Source of the DNA: Chitinophagales bacterium
GTDB lineage: Bacteria > Bacteroidota > Bacteroidia > Chitinophagales > Chitinophagaceae
Assembly: GCA_038320245.1 (NCBI GenBank)
Contig: JBBQEA010000002.1
Coordinates: 8,240 to 72,239 of the forward strand
Direction: 5' to 3'
Length of the DNA stretch: 64,000 bases
Made by a program: the position numbers and the translations under genes. Under the pieces are notes generated by a model, which saw only the letters and a list, made by a program, of their open reading frames with translations, was not told the DNA's origin and searched no databases. This document shows positions 47,958 to 58,359 of the stretch, piece by piece; positions within the stretch are counted from its first letter, which is position 1, and each line of letters opens with the position of its first letter.

Positions 47958-48902
47958 ATGATTAAATCAATTTATAGCAATACGCTTAAATCATTCTTTC
48001 TAAAGCTATTCATATTCTTTTTTGTTGTTTTTATTGCAGACAGGTTATTGGGTGCCATGCTTAAAAAATATTATTTTAAGCAAGAGGCCGGCTACGATTA
48101 TCTAACTACTTATGCCTTAGAAAAAACATCAGCAGAATTGGTAACTTTTGGTTCTTCCAGAGCTGCAAATATTTTTAATACCGGGATGTTTGAAATGCAA
48201 ATGGGCTTATCCTGTTTCAATGCAGGCAGATATGGAGAGCCGATTTTTTATCATTATGCTGTTTTAAAAACTGTATTAGAAAGATATAAGCCTAAAATGA
48301 TACTATTAAGTTTCGACGCCGGAAATTTTAGTATTAATCAGGAATCTTACGACCGTATAGCTTCGTTGTTGCCCTATTACAATGATCATCCAGAAATTCG
48401 TGATATAGTTGCTTTAAAAGGACCTTTTGAAAAAATAAAACTGCTCTCAAGCATTTACCCTTACAATTCCTTGTTATTATCCATCGTTTCAGGTAATACT
48501 GCAAGTAGTAAAAAAAAATTTCCTCATTTGAATGGCTATATTGCCAATAAGAAAATATTTACCGGGGAATTACAAACGATAGATTACTCAAAAGAAACGG
48601 CCTTGGATAGTATCAAAATAACAGCGTATAAAGCATTTATACAAGATTGCGAAAAGGCAAAAATACCTTTATACATTATCTGTCCCCCATACCTGATCAA
48701 TTCCATTGGAACCGATGCTTCCATCATTGAAGCAAAAAAAATTGCAAAGGAAAACTATATTGAGTTTCTTGACTATTCAAGAGATACTTTTTTTTCAAAT
48801 CGACCCCGGTTATTTGAGGATTTCAGGCATCTTAACGAAACTGGGGTTGAAATTTTTTGCAATATTTTAATCAAAAAACTATCATCGGCGTCGGTTAAAT
48901 AG
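47958..48902 (+). CDS. Membrane-anchored SGNH/DltD-like acyl-transfer partner, copy 2
   Basis: TM helix, FGSSRA, FNAG, EDFRH (DxxH). Paralog of 45481-46431 (shared GEPIFY, SYDRI..LLP, SIYPYNS-like). ATG 47958 preferred. Confidence 0.75.
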   Translation: MIKSIYSNTLKSFFLKLFIFFFVVFIADRLLGAMLKKYYFKQEAGYDYLTTYALEKTSAELVTFGSSRAANIFNTGMFEMQMGLSCFNAGRYGEPIFYHYAVLKTVLERYKPKMILLSFDAGNFSINQESYDRIASLLPYYNDHPEIRDIVALKGPFEKIKLLSSIYPYNSLLLSIVSGNTASSKKKFPHLNGYIANKKIFTGELQTIDYSKETALDSIKITAYKAFIQDCEKAKIPLYIICPPYLINSIGTDASIIEAKKIAKENYIEFLDYSRDTFFSNRPRLFEDFRHLNETGVEIFCNILIKKLSSASVK

Positions 48903-49146
48903 CATTTTACAAATGTTAAATTTTATCCCGAATAAAAAGTTTACACTAACTTCAATTTTTAAAACAGTAGTATATAAAATAAAACTATTATTTTAACGTT
49001 CCCTATTTATCCGTTTAAACCCTTTAAAATAATCCTATCACGAATCTTCCCATATTCCTTGTAATTTTTATTATAGAAAGACCTATTTGCTAATATGCCT
49101 TTAATAAGAAAAAATCACAATTAGAATACGGTTATAAAGAATACCC

Positions 49147-52100
49147 ATGAGGAAAATCTACTTTTTACCTATCCTTTTGATTTTTGCAAATATATCTTTT
49201 GCTCAAATTACCTATACCTGGGCAGGCGGCATTTCCGGAGATTACCAGGTTGCAGCAAACTGGAGTCCTGTAAGATCTGTGTTAGCAAATACAGACATAC
49301 TTTCTTTTAATGTAGCAACACCAATAGCAGTTACAAATGTGCCGTTGCAAACTATTGGTGCAATTGAAGTTTTTGGTGGAACCACTTCAGTTATATTTAG
49401 TACCAACTCGGCTGCTAACATTTTAACCCTTAATAATGCAACTCCACTTATATATTCCAGTGCAGGCGGCATTTTGGCGGGAGATGTACTTACCCTGCAA
49501 TTAAGCAATAACAGCTCTTTTTCTATGGGCTCCGGAGTATTGGGTATATCACCAAACACCGGCGGAAAAATAAGTATCATCGGGGCGTTGGTATTGGCAG
49601 GCGGTAAACTGGATTTTGATGTTGCGGGAACCGGCGGTGCAAATATTTCGGGATCTGTTACGTATAACTCTGGAATATTTAGTTCCTTAAATACCAATGC
49701 TATTACCTGGTCAGGAACGGCAACCTATTTTCATGCATCTAATGGGGCCGGAGCATCTGCAATTCCTGTTTCCACATGGGCTACCGGAAGTACTTGTGTT
49801 ATTACCGGCATGGGTGGGGGAGCAATAGCACCAACAATTTCGGCAGGTACAAATTTTTCTAATTTTACCTGGAACTGTGCTAGCCAACTAGCTGATGTTG
49901 ACATCATTCTTCCTTTATCGACAGTATATATCAATGGTACATTTTCCATTGTAAATTCAAATAATAAATATATACGTTTATCAGATGCCTTAATTTCCTG
50001 CGGAAACTATTTGCAAACTGGTGGAAACATTATGTTGCAGTCTGCATCAGGCAATAGCATATTGACCGTCAATAATGCTTTTACGCATTCAGCAGGATTG
50101 CTGGATGGTGTGGGTGGGGCTTCTACTGGTACAGCTAAATTAAATTTAAAAGGGACTGTAACTAAATCAGGCATCTCGGATTGGTCTACATCCAGCAGCA
50201 GTTCCACAGCTCAAACCATTCTTGAGTTTTCCGGAGTTGCTACACAAAATGTAAGTATTGCTGGCACCTGGACTGCCCCGATTGCCGGGCGCTCAAATAT
50301 AATTGTTAGTAATACAAGTGCTACAGGTGTTTCTTTATCAACAGGCAGTGTACTCAATGTTTTCAATACTAATAGCAGTACTGCTGCTACCTGTACAATG
50401 GTGGGGGTAATTTCCCCGGCAGATGCAACTGCTGTAATAAAATATACCGGCACGGCTGCGTATCCTACCGAACTGATATATACCAGCTCTTTACTTCAAA
50501 CTGCAACAGCGGCCGAATTCCCAAACACTAATGGGCCGTTCAATCTTACTATCGCTGCTGGCAATACATTAGGGGTAAGTTTTCCGGTTGCTTTTAGCAG
50601 AACCATAGCCGGTACCTTAAAAATGCAGGGCGACAACTTAGATATTGGTGCAGGAAATACACTTTCACTTACCAACACAACATTGGTAAACCAGTTGAGT
50701 TATACCAGTGGCTTTATTTCTTCAGGAACACTTGGAAGGTTTTTTCCAACAACAGGCTTGCCAACTGCACCAGGTGGTACTTCACTTTTTCCTTTGGGAA
50801 CAGGCGCCAACGATAGGGCGCTAAATGTATTTTTTTCTACTGCAAATTTAAGTGGCGGAACGGCAGGAATGATTTATGTTAGCCATACGCCCATTGTGAA
50901 TACTTCACCCATATCTATTGCTGATAATGGCCAAAATCTGAATAAAAGGACCAATACTTTCTGGACAATTTCTTATGGGTCGTTTAATTGTGGATCCTCA
51001 ACCATCTCTTTATCGGCAGTGGCTGCTAATATAGGATCGGTAGACTTTTTTAATGATTTACGACTGACTGATGGTGCTACCAGTTATGGAACATGGATAA
51101 ACCCTAATACTGGTAATAACACTGTGCCTGTAACTGGTAAATCCGGTTTAAGTATGGCAAATATTAACAATCAAAATTTGTATATAGGTGGCGCAGCAAA
51201 CAACCCCTTAATAATTATAACATTTACCTGGACAGGTTTGGGTGGCAATGCTGATTGGATCAACCCTGCAAACTGGACTAGTACTGCAATTGGATATCCG
51301 AGTGCATCTACCGAAATAGCAATTATCAATACTACATCTGGCACCCAACCAACTATTAATACTACAGACAATATAAATATTTACCAGTTAACAGTTGGAA
51401 CTGGCATGACGTTGACCATGGCTGGTAATGCCAGAATTAATGTTTTTGATGCAGTTAGTTATTCCGGCAACACCGCATTTAGTTCATCCAGTACTTTTAC
51501 TTATGCCCAATCCGGCGGTACGCAGACGTTGCTAGATCTTCCATATACTAATTTGTCAATTTCCGGTACTGCCGTAAAAAAATTCCCTCCTAACATAACC
51601 ATCACAGGAAAATATACATTGAGTGGTGCAGCATCCGATGTAACTACTAACGCTAACACATTTACATTTGCAGGTACCGGCGCACAAGACGTACCACCGG
51701 CTAATTATTATAATCTTAAAATTATAGGAAACCGGGGCGGGGGTATGGTAAGATTAGGACTAGCCAATAATTCAACACCTGCAACAATTGATATTGCCAA
51801 CGTATTTGATGTTAGTTCCTTAGCAAATTATTCTAATCCTCCTTCTACGCCATTTCCAAGTTTTACAACCGTAAATTTTAGCTCTTCAGGTTCACAAATT
51901 ATTCCAGGGTTTCGTTATCCTTATAGTATTACAAATAGTGGGAATGGGCCCAGGGTGCTAGATCCTTTAGGATCAACAAACCCCAATAATGTAATTTATA
52001 TCCGGGATTACTCCAGGGGGTCTGGGAATTATGATGTTACCGGTTCTAAAATAAATTTTTATTCCATTGGTACAACTTCAAGTAGCATGGTTTATTATTT

Positions 52101-55100
52101 ACATAACCACAATTTTAATGACCTTGAATTTAGTGGTACCCAATTGGGTAAAAAGATAGAAATAGCGGATGGCAATATTTACATAAAAGGCAAATTTGCA
52201 GTTACGCTTACTAATTATACACAAACTTTAAAAAATACCTTTTTTGTATTTAATGGAGATGCTGACCAAACAGTGCCTGGTTTTAAAAGCAGTGCCGCAA
52301 CGCCGGCATTTAAATACCCCAATATTGTAATACAAGGCGGCAACAGAAATGTTACACTTGGAAGTACTGATACAATCGGTATTACAGGAAGTCTTAAAGT
52401 GCCTTTATCCAGCTCCCCATACACAGCCGCCTCAATCTCGGTTATACCCTTTTCAAGTGGTAAAGGTTTTATTGTTGATGGCAGCACCGTAAATTTTAGT
52501 ACAGGTTCCGACATTATACCACAACTTTTTCCATCAGTTACCGGTGCAAAAAATTACGAAAATATTGTTGTTTCCAGTGGTACCCGAAATATGGAAAAGG
52601 ATGGGATGATCATTAGCGGTAATTTATCAGTCGGGATGGATTCATCAACCACCACCGTTGCATCTTCAGCAACTCTAAAAATTGGTAGTGGCACTAGTAA
52701 CAGAACATTAAATGTATTGGGAAATATGAATATTAGCGGACTGGTATCCAGTCCAATTACAACGGGACAAGTAGATATGAACCCCGGTACAAGCCCCGGT
52801 GCAACCAGCCTTAACCTTGCGGGTAACTTAACTATTACTGGCAACGGGCAATTGATGGGTACTACTTCAACCGGTACAAACAATGGAACAGTGGTTTTTA
52901 ATGGTATTACACCTCAAACATATAGCAATACATCTACCACTTTTAAAAACGGAATGGTAAATTTTACAGTTGGTAATAGCGCTACAGTTAGTAATTTAAT
53001 ATTAGGTACTTCTATAGATTTACTCGGTTCTGCAACAGCCGCTAACATGAGTACATTAAGAGTTAGAACGAATGCTTTTTTAAATTGTGGCACTAATAAT
53101 ATCACCAGCAATGGAACAGGTAACGCCATTTTTAATTTAAATGCTGGTGCTACTTTTATCACGGCTAACACTGGTGGGATAGAAGGTACAGCTACCAGTG
53201 GCACAGACGGTACTATTGATAGCGATGCTTTAAAGATTGTAAAAACCTATGATGCAGGCGCTAACTATGTATTTAATGGCGTTACCACCACCCCTTTCCC
53301 GGCTGCTATTATTTCACCTATAACTATGGCAAATCTTACCATTAATGCCAATGTTTCCTTAAACAAATCAATTGTTGCTAACGGTACACTTGACCTTACA
53401 TCATTCACCCTGACACAGGCAAATAACAACCTGCGATTTGCCGGTTTAACCAGTACCACCGGCAACATTTATGCAGATAAGAATTCAACTTTATCTATAC
53501 GTAGTAATTTACCAGTGGGTACTTTGCGATTTGCCACTGGTGGAAATATAACAGGGCAGTTAACAATTGACCGCACAACCCCTACCATTGTATCATTAGG
53601 ATCAGATTTAATAATTGATAAAACACCATCAACTGGCAACTTTATTACCGGCTCCGCAACTGATGTTCTTGACATAAACGGAAATACCTTAACTATCAAT
53701 GGCATTATTACCGGTACCGGAACTTTGAGTGGTTCTAACACTTCAAATTTAACGTTGGGTAATACAAGTACTACCTCGTTTAATATCAATTTTACATCCG
53801 GCAAGCAACTTTTAAAAAATCTTACTTTATTAAATGCAGTTAATCCAACATTAAATACCCCCCTAGATATTACTGCTGGTGCTGCCATTAATAATGAAGG
53901 CACCGTTAGTATTACCGGCACTTCAAAGCTAACATCCAACGGTAATCTCACCATAAAATCAAATGGCTTCGGCACAGCAAGGGTTGCAGCGGGAGCTATC
54001 GCAGGGGCATATATAACAGGGGATGTTACTGTAGAACGTTTTTTAGATGCCAAGCGGGCGTGGAGATTTTTAGCCGCACCTACTGTAGGGCAAACTATTA
54101 AGGCTGCCTGGCAGGAAGGGCAAACGGGAAACTCTAACTCGATACCGGGTTTTGGCACAATCATTACTTCAAATATTGGTGGTTGGTCAGCAGCCGGGTT
54201 CGATTTTTCATCACCGAGTGCTTCTTTACTTACCTACAATGCCACAACCAATAACTGGCCAGGTGCTGCAGCAACCAATGTTGCCATTTCAGCGTTAGCG
54301 GGCAATACATCTTATATGCTTTTTAGCCGTGGCGATAGATCCGTATTACCTAGTATGGGTACCGGGGCAACACCAACTACTGTATTAGTGAGAACAAAAG
54401 GAAGTCTGTTTCAGGGTAATTTGCCAGCAGTTGCGGTAGCAGCGGGAAAGTTTGCAGCTATTGGTAACAATTATGCAGCAGCCATTGATTTTAGTTTGAT
54501 AAATAAGCTGAATATAGATCAGTCTTTTGATGTTTGGGATCCCAAATTAGGTTCATTGGGTGCCTGGGTTAAGTTTGCTTTTGCGAATGGATGGAAACCT
54601 TTAATTTCCGGTGGTACCTATGATGTTAATACTGCAAATCAAAGAATAGAATCGGGACAGGCATTTATGGTACACAATACAGCTAGCGGCGGATCTGTAA
54701 CCCTTGTTGAAAGCAGTAAAATAGCTCAAAGCCGGTTAGTTTCCAGGCCTGCTGGTGTTACAGGTGCAACAAAGCAGATTTTTAAATCAAACTTGTACAA
54801 TGTCACAAGTGGAAACAACATGATTGACGCCAATGTGGTGGTATTCAGCGATGATTATTCCAATGAAATTGATGGTAAAGATGGCCTGAAGATGACCAAT
54901 TTTACGGAAAACTTCGGTATTCAAAAAGGTATGCAGACTTTGGCAGTGGAAGCAAGGCAGCCTTTTGTAGATACCGATACTATATTTTTCAATATTAATA
55001 AGCTTAAACGCCTGTCTTACCGAATGGAGTTTGTATCAGAAAATTTTGATAACAACCTGATTGGTTATTTAGAAGATAAATTTTTGGATAACTCTACCCT

Positions 55101-55761
55101 CATCCAAATGAACGGTACAACAACCGTAGATTTTACTGTTACTACCGATCCTGCGTCTGCTGTTGCCGATAGGTTTCATGTGGTGTTTTTAAAAGTGCTT
55201 CCATTACCGGTTAAGTTTACGAGTATTAGTGCCGCCCAGCAAAATGCTGCAATTGCTGTGAAATGGACTGTTGAAAATGAAATCAACATCAGTAAATATG
55301 AAGTGGAAAAAAGCACAAACGGGGTGAATTTTGTAAAGATTAATACCACAATTGCAACTGGTACTAACAATAACAGCACCACTTATAATTTCTTAGATAT
55401 TACACCTGAGCAGGGAAATAATTTTTATCGCATCCGCAGTTACAATCAAAGTGGAAGTTTTGATTATAGCAAAATTGTGTTGGTAAAATTGGGCAAAACG
55501 GGTTCTGGCATCAGCGTTTACCCTAACCCGGTAAAAGATAACCAAATTGGGATTGCGTTTAACAATGTGGAGAAAGGTGTTTATCAAATAAAATTAATAA
55601 ACTCATTGGGCCAATCAATGCTGGCAAGGCAGTTTACCAATCCGGGAGGCAATTCTACGGTAACATTTACGCCTGAAAATAATTTAAGTGCAGGGATTTA
55701 TCAGCTGGAAATTATTACCCAGGATAACCACCATAATACTATTAAAGTAATTGTACAATAA
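49147..55761 (+). CDS. Giant T9SS cargo with beta-strand-repeat passenger (putative adhesin), 2204 aa
   Basis: Signal peptide; TW.G....W....NW motif twice; G/T/N/S-rich beta rungs; VTVERF..AWRFLAAP; LPVKF..YRIR..YSKIV; VYPNPV..LSAGIYQLEI CTD. Confidence 0.85.
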   Translation: MRKIYFLPILLIFANISFAQITYTWAGGISGDYQVAANWSPVRSVLANTDILSFNVATPIAVTNVPLQTIGAIEVFGGTTSVIFSTNSAANILTLNNATPLIYSSAGGILAGDVLTLQLSNNSSFSMGSGVLGISPNTGGKISIIGALVLAGGKLDFDVAGTGGANISGSVTYNSGIFSSLNTNAITWSGTATYFHASNGAGASAIPVSTWATGSTCVITGMGGGAIAPTISAGTNFSNFTWNCASQLADVDIILPLSTVYINGTFSIVNSNNKYIRLSDALISCGNYLQTGGNIMLQSASGNSILTVNNAFTHSAGLLDGVGGASTGTAKLNLKGTVTKSGISDWSTSSSSSTAQTILEFSGVATQNVSIAGTWTAPIAGRSNIIVSNTSATGVSLSTGSVLNVFNTNSSTAATCTMVGVISPADATAVIKYTGTAAYPTELIYTSSLLQTATAAEFPNTNGPFNLTIAAGNTLGVSFPVAFSRTIAGTLKMQGDNLDIGAGNTLSLTNTTLVNQLSYTSGFISSGTLGRFFPTTGLPTAPGGTSLFPLGTGANDRALNVFFSTANLSGGTAGMIYVSHTPIVNTSPISIADNGQNLNKRTNTFWTISYGSFNCGSSTISLSAVAANIGSVDFFNDLRLTDGATSYGTWINPNTGNNTVPVTGKSGLSMANINNQNLYIGGAANNPLIIITFTWTGLGGNADWINPANWTSTAIGYPSASTEIAIINTTSGTQPTINTTDNINIYQLTVGTGMTLTMAGNARINVFDAVSYSGNTAFSSSSTFTYAQSGGTQTLLDLPYTNLSISGTAVKKFPPNITITGKYTLSGAASDVTTNANTFTFAGTGAQDVPPANYYNLKIIGNRGGGMVRLGLANNSTPATIDIANVFDVSSLANYSNPPSTPFPSFTTVNFSSSGSQIIPGFRYPYSITNSGNGPRVLDPLGSTNPNNVIYIRDYSRGSGNYDVTGSKINFYSIGTTSSSMVYYLHNHNFNDLEFSGTQLGKKIEIADGNIYIKGKFAVTLTNYTQTLKNTFFVFNGDADQTVPGFKSSAATPAFKYPNIVIQGGNRNVTLGSTDTIGITGSLKVPLSSSPYTAASISVIPFSSGKGFIVDGSTVNFSTGSDIIPQLFPSVTGAKNYENIVVSSGTRNMEKDGMIISGNLSVGMDSSTTTVASSATLKIGSGTSNRTLNVLGNMNISGLVSSPITTGQVDMNPGTSPGATSLNLAGNLTITGNGQLMGTTSTGTNNGTVVFNGITPQTYSNTSTTFKNGMVNFTVGNSATVSNLILGTSIDLLGSATAANMSTLRVRTNAFLNCGTNNITSNGTGNAIFNLNAGATFITANTGGIEGTATSGTDGTIDSDALKIVKTYDAGANYVFNGVTTTPFPAAIISPITMANLTINANVSLNKSIVANGTLDLTSFTLTQANNNLRFAGLTSTTGNIYADKNSTLSIRSNLPVGTLRFATGGNITGQLTIDRTTPTIVSLGSDLIIDKTPSTGNFITGSATDVLDINGNTLTINGIITGTGTLSGSNTSNLTLGNTSTTSFNINFTSGKQLLKNLTLLNAVNPTLNTPLDITAGAAINNEGTVSITGTSKLTSNGNLTIKSNGFGTARVAAGAIAGAYITGDVTVERFLDAKRAWRFLAAPTVGQTIKAAWQEGQTGNSNSIPGFGTIITSNIGGWSAAGFDFSSPSASLLTYNATTNNWPGAAATNVAISALAGNTSYMLFSRGDRSVLPSMGTGATPTTVLVRTKGSLFQGNLPAVAVAAGKFAAIGNNYAAAIDFSLINKLNIDQSFDVWDPKLGSLGAWVKFAFANGWKPLISGGTYDVNTANQRIESGQAFMVHNTASGGSVTLVESSKIAQSRLVSRPAGVTGATKQIFKSNLYNVTSGNNMIDANVVVFSDDYSNEIDGKDGLKMTNFTENFGIQKGMQTLAVEARQPFVDTDTIFFNINKLKRLSYRMEFVSENFDNNLIGYLEDKFLDNSTLIQMNGTTTVDFTVTTDPASAVADRFHVVFLKVLPLPVKFTSISAAQQNAAIAVKWTVENEINISKYEVEKSTNGVNFVKINTTIATGTNNNSTTYNFLDITPEQGNNFYRIRSYNQSGSFDYSKIVLVKLGKTGSGISVYPNPVKDNQIGIAFNNVEKGVYQIKLINSLGQSMLARQFTNPGGNSTVTFTPENNLSAGIYQLEIITQDNHHNTIKVIVQ

Positions 55762-55789
55762 AAGGTAAAGGCAAAAAGAATTAAACAAA

Positions 55790-55808
55790 AAAAGCCAATA
55801 AGGCTTTT
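55790..55808. terminator. Small bidirectional terminator-like hairpin between convergent genes
   Basis: AAAAGCC-aataa-GGCTTTT. Confidence 0.45.
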
Positions 55809-55943
55809 ACGAGAATCTGTTTTATTAACTACAATACAACTTTCTCCTTTTTTAAAAAAAGGATTCAATGAAAATCAAGATGATTTTTGTAAAACTCCAG
55901 TAATATAAAAAAGAAATCCTGATTAACTTACGATAGAAATTAT

Positions 55944-56693
55944 TTATTTACTGGCAGCAACAGGATTTACTTTTATTATATTCACTGCCACCTTCTTAAG
56001 TTTTTCTTTTATTGCATAGGTATAAGAAAAAAAGTTATATACGTCTATTGGATATGCACCAAAAGATTTTTTAAAATCCAGCAAACCAGGCAAATCATCC
56101 CATCCTCCAAAATCATAAAATTTTAATCCTCTTTCTTTAAAATATTTTATATCGAAATAGTGCAGCAGTTTATTTGCATCTGCGATATTACGGGGATTAT
56201 AGTTATCATTTAAGCGCATAGACCCAGACTCCATTGACCTTACAATACCTGAATGTAAATCCTCGATGTAGGAGTGAGCAACTAATATTTCACCATTCAA
56301 AACTGCGTAACTGCATTTCCAGGATTCCCCTTCATATTCACTGGCCCTGCTTTTATCTAGTATATTTAATTTTTTTTCTTTCGCAAAAACATTATAGAAA
56401 TCTATGAATTCTTTTCTGTCATTGTTAAAATAGCACACCACTCCTTCAGCTTCAGATTTTTTTATACTTCTTTTATTTGAAGTACTAAAATTGGCATGAA
56501 TAATTTCAATTGATTCATCTAATGGAAGGACTGCTGTTTTGGTTTGTTTCTTTCTGCCAAAAAACTTTAAATGTTCGGCTTCTCTTAACCCTCTGTAGCA
56601 AACGGGTTGTATAAGATCTGTCCACTTGAATTTATATTCGAACCAGTTTTCTGTTAAGGTGAAAACCCCCTGTCTCTTTTTAATTGACACCAT
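55944..56693 (-). CDS. FemAB/GNAT-fold (amino)acyltransferase-like protein, paralog of 3197-3940
   Basis: NFS..NKRSIKKSEAEG, F.DFYNVFA..K, LVAHSY..D...GIVR, ANK.L...DI.YFKERG.KFYDFGG..FKKSFG. Confidence 0.65.
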   Translation of the reverse strand: MVSIKKRQGVFTLTENWFEYKFKWTDLIQPVCYRGLREAEHLKFFGRKKQTKTAVLPLDESIEIIHANFSTSNKRSIKKSEAEGVVCYFNNDRKEFIDFYNVFAKEKKLNILDKSRASEYEGESWKCSYAVLNGEILVAHSYIEDLHSGIVRSMESGSMRLNDNYNPRNIADANKLLHYFDIKYFKERGLKFYDFGGWDDLPGLLDFKKSFGAYPIDVYNFFSYTYAIKEKLKKVAVNIIKVNPVAASK

Positions 56694-57203
56694 GCAGCAA
56701 GTTATTAAAATCTTTATTTTGAAAGAAACACTGAAAAAGAGTTTACGATAATTTCATTTACGAGTCTCTGCTAAATTTTAACGGCTAGAGTGAATTGAGC
56801 CAGCAAAAAATAATTTTTGTAATCTAACACAAAACCCTCGCTAAAGCAAGGGCCAATAATAAAATGTGTGATATCTATAACTTTATAGCAGCCTTTTAAT
56901 ACTACTTGTTTTTGTTATAATACCTGTCTCTTTTATAATATTTAACCGGGTATTCTTCCTGACATTTTATCATCCTTGAAAAAAAGTTTTTGACAACTTT
57001 AATTAATTCGTTTACCTGGTTTTTATTGGATACCTGATTCATTTCATAGGTGGTTTAGTCATTTTTAAAACGTAGTGATAATTAAATTATTGTTTAACTG
57101 CAGTTGTATCAGTAAACATTGTAAAAATTAAAGTCTCTCATTAATAAAAGACATTGCTGCTCTTAAAAAAGTTACGAAATATTTTGATTAATGGATGTAG
57201 TAA

Positions 57204-58328
57204 CTAATATCCAATCACCTGTTCTTCCATAACAGCAGGCATTGCTCTAAATTCATATTGCTGGTTGCGTAGCTGTGGCTCAAATCCGGCTTCACGTATG
57301 GCATCTTGTATACCTTTACTGGTAAAGCGGTGTGGTGCTCCTGCTGCACTCACTACATTTTCTTCAATCATAATGCTTCCAAAATCGTTGGCGCCTGCGT
57401 TTAAACAAAGTTGCGCTGTTTTTTTGCCAACTGTAAGCCAGCTTGCCTGTATATTTTTAACATTGGGCAACATAATACGGCTCATGGCTATCATACGGAT
57501 ATATTCCTCAGCGGTGGTTAAATTATGTACGCCTCGTATTTTTGCAAGCAGGGTATCCACATCCTGAAATGTCCAGGGAATAAAGGCAATAAAACCCTTT
57601 GTGTCTGCAGGTTTTCGGCTTTGTACTTCTCTTAGTTTGGCCAAATGCTCAAATCGTTCCGTAATAGTTTCTACGTGTCCAAACATCATCGTTGCACTGG
57701 TGGTAATGTTCAGTTTATGTGCTTCATGCATTACATCCAGCCATTCCTGGCTACCGCATTTTCCTTTGCTGATCAGGCGCCTTACCCTATCGGTGAGTAT
57801 CTCTGCTCCGGGACCGGGCAAACTATCGAGGCCGGCTTCTTTCAAGGCCATCAATACTTCCCGGTGAGTGCTTTTTTCCAGCTTGGTAATATGGGCAACT
57901 TCTGGTGGGCCAAGCGTATGTAACTTAATGTTAGGGTAAAGGCTTTTTAGTTCTTTAAACAATCCAACATAATAACTTAATCCTAAATCCGGGTGATGAC
58001 CTCCTTGCAGTAACAACTGTTCACCTCCATACCGGATGGTTTCGTCTATCTTTTTTTTGTACGTTTCAATATCAGTTATATAAGCTTCCGGATGACCAGG
58101 TATGCGATAAAAATTACAGAACTTACAGTTGGCAATACACACGTTGGTTGTATTAAGATTGCGGTCAATAATCCAGGTAACTTTGCCATGCGGCACTTGT
58201 ATTTTCCTTAATTCATCTGCTACAAACATCAACTCTGTTAATGCAGCGTTTTCAAATAAAAAGACGCCTTCTTCAACTGTAAGCCATTCAAAGTTGAGTG
58301 CCTTTTTTAATAATGCTTCTTTGTTCAT
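57204..58328 (-). CDS. mqnC: Cyclic dehypoxanthinyl futalosine synthase (radical SAM, CofH/MqnC family)
   Basis: CIANCKFC (CxxxCxxC), LLQGGHHP, ATMMFGHVE, QASW, GANDFGS.M.EENVV. Start moved to MNKEALL, downstream of a TAnnTTTG box. Confidence 0.9.
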   Translation of the reverse strand: MNKEALLKKALNFEWLTVEEGVFLFENAALTELMFVADELRKIQVPHGKVTWIIDRNLNTTNVCIANCKFCNFYRIPGHPEAYITDIETYKKKIDETIRYGGEQLLLQGGHHPDLGLSYYVGLFKELKSLYPNIKLHTLGPPEVAHITKLEKSTHREVLMALKEAGLDSLPGPGAEILTDRVRRLISKGKCGSQEWLDVMHEAHKLNITTSATMMFGHVETITERFEHLAKLREVQSRKPADTKGFIAFIPWTFQDVDTLLAKIRGVHNLTTAEEYIRMIAMSRIMLPNVKNIQASWLTVGKKTAQLCLNAGANDFGSIMIEENVVSAAGAPHRFTSKGIQDAIREAGFEPQLRNQQYEFRAMPAVMEEQVIGY

Positions 58329-58351
58329 AATTCCGTTTAAGTAATTAACAA

Positions 58352-58359
58352 CAAAAGTA
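58352..58359 (-). promoter_or_regulatory. Bacteroidota -7 promoter element for mqnC
   Basis: Minus strand TACTTTTG, 23 nt upstream of ATG 58328. Confidence 0.65.

Noticed and set aside
49242-55587. Many antisense ORFs up to 231 aa inside the giant genes (also inside acs, the PKD genes and mqnC)
   Set aside because: Shadow frames produced by Gly/Thr/Asn-rich codon usage of the real genes on the other strand.
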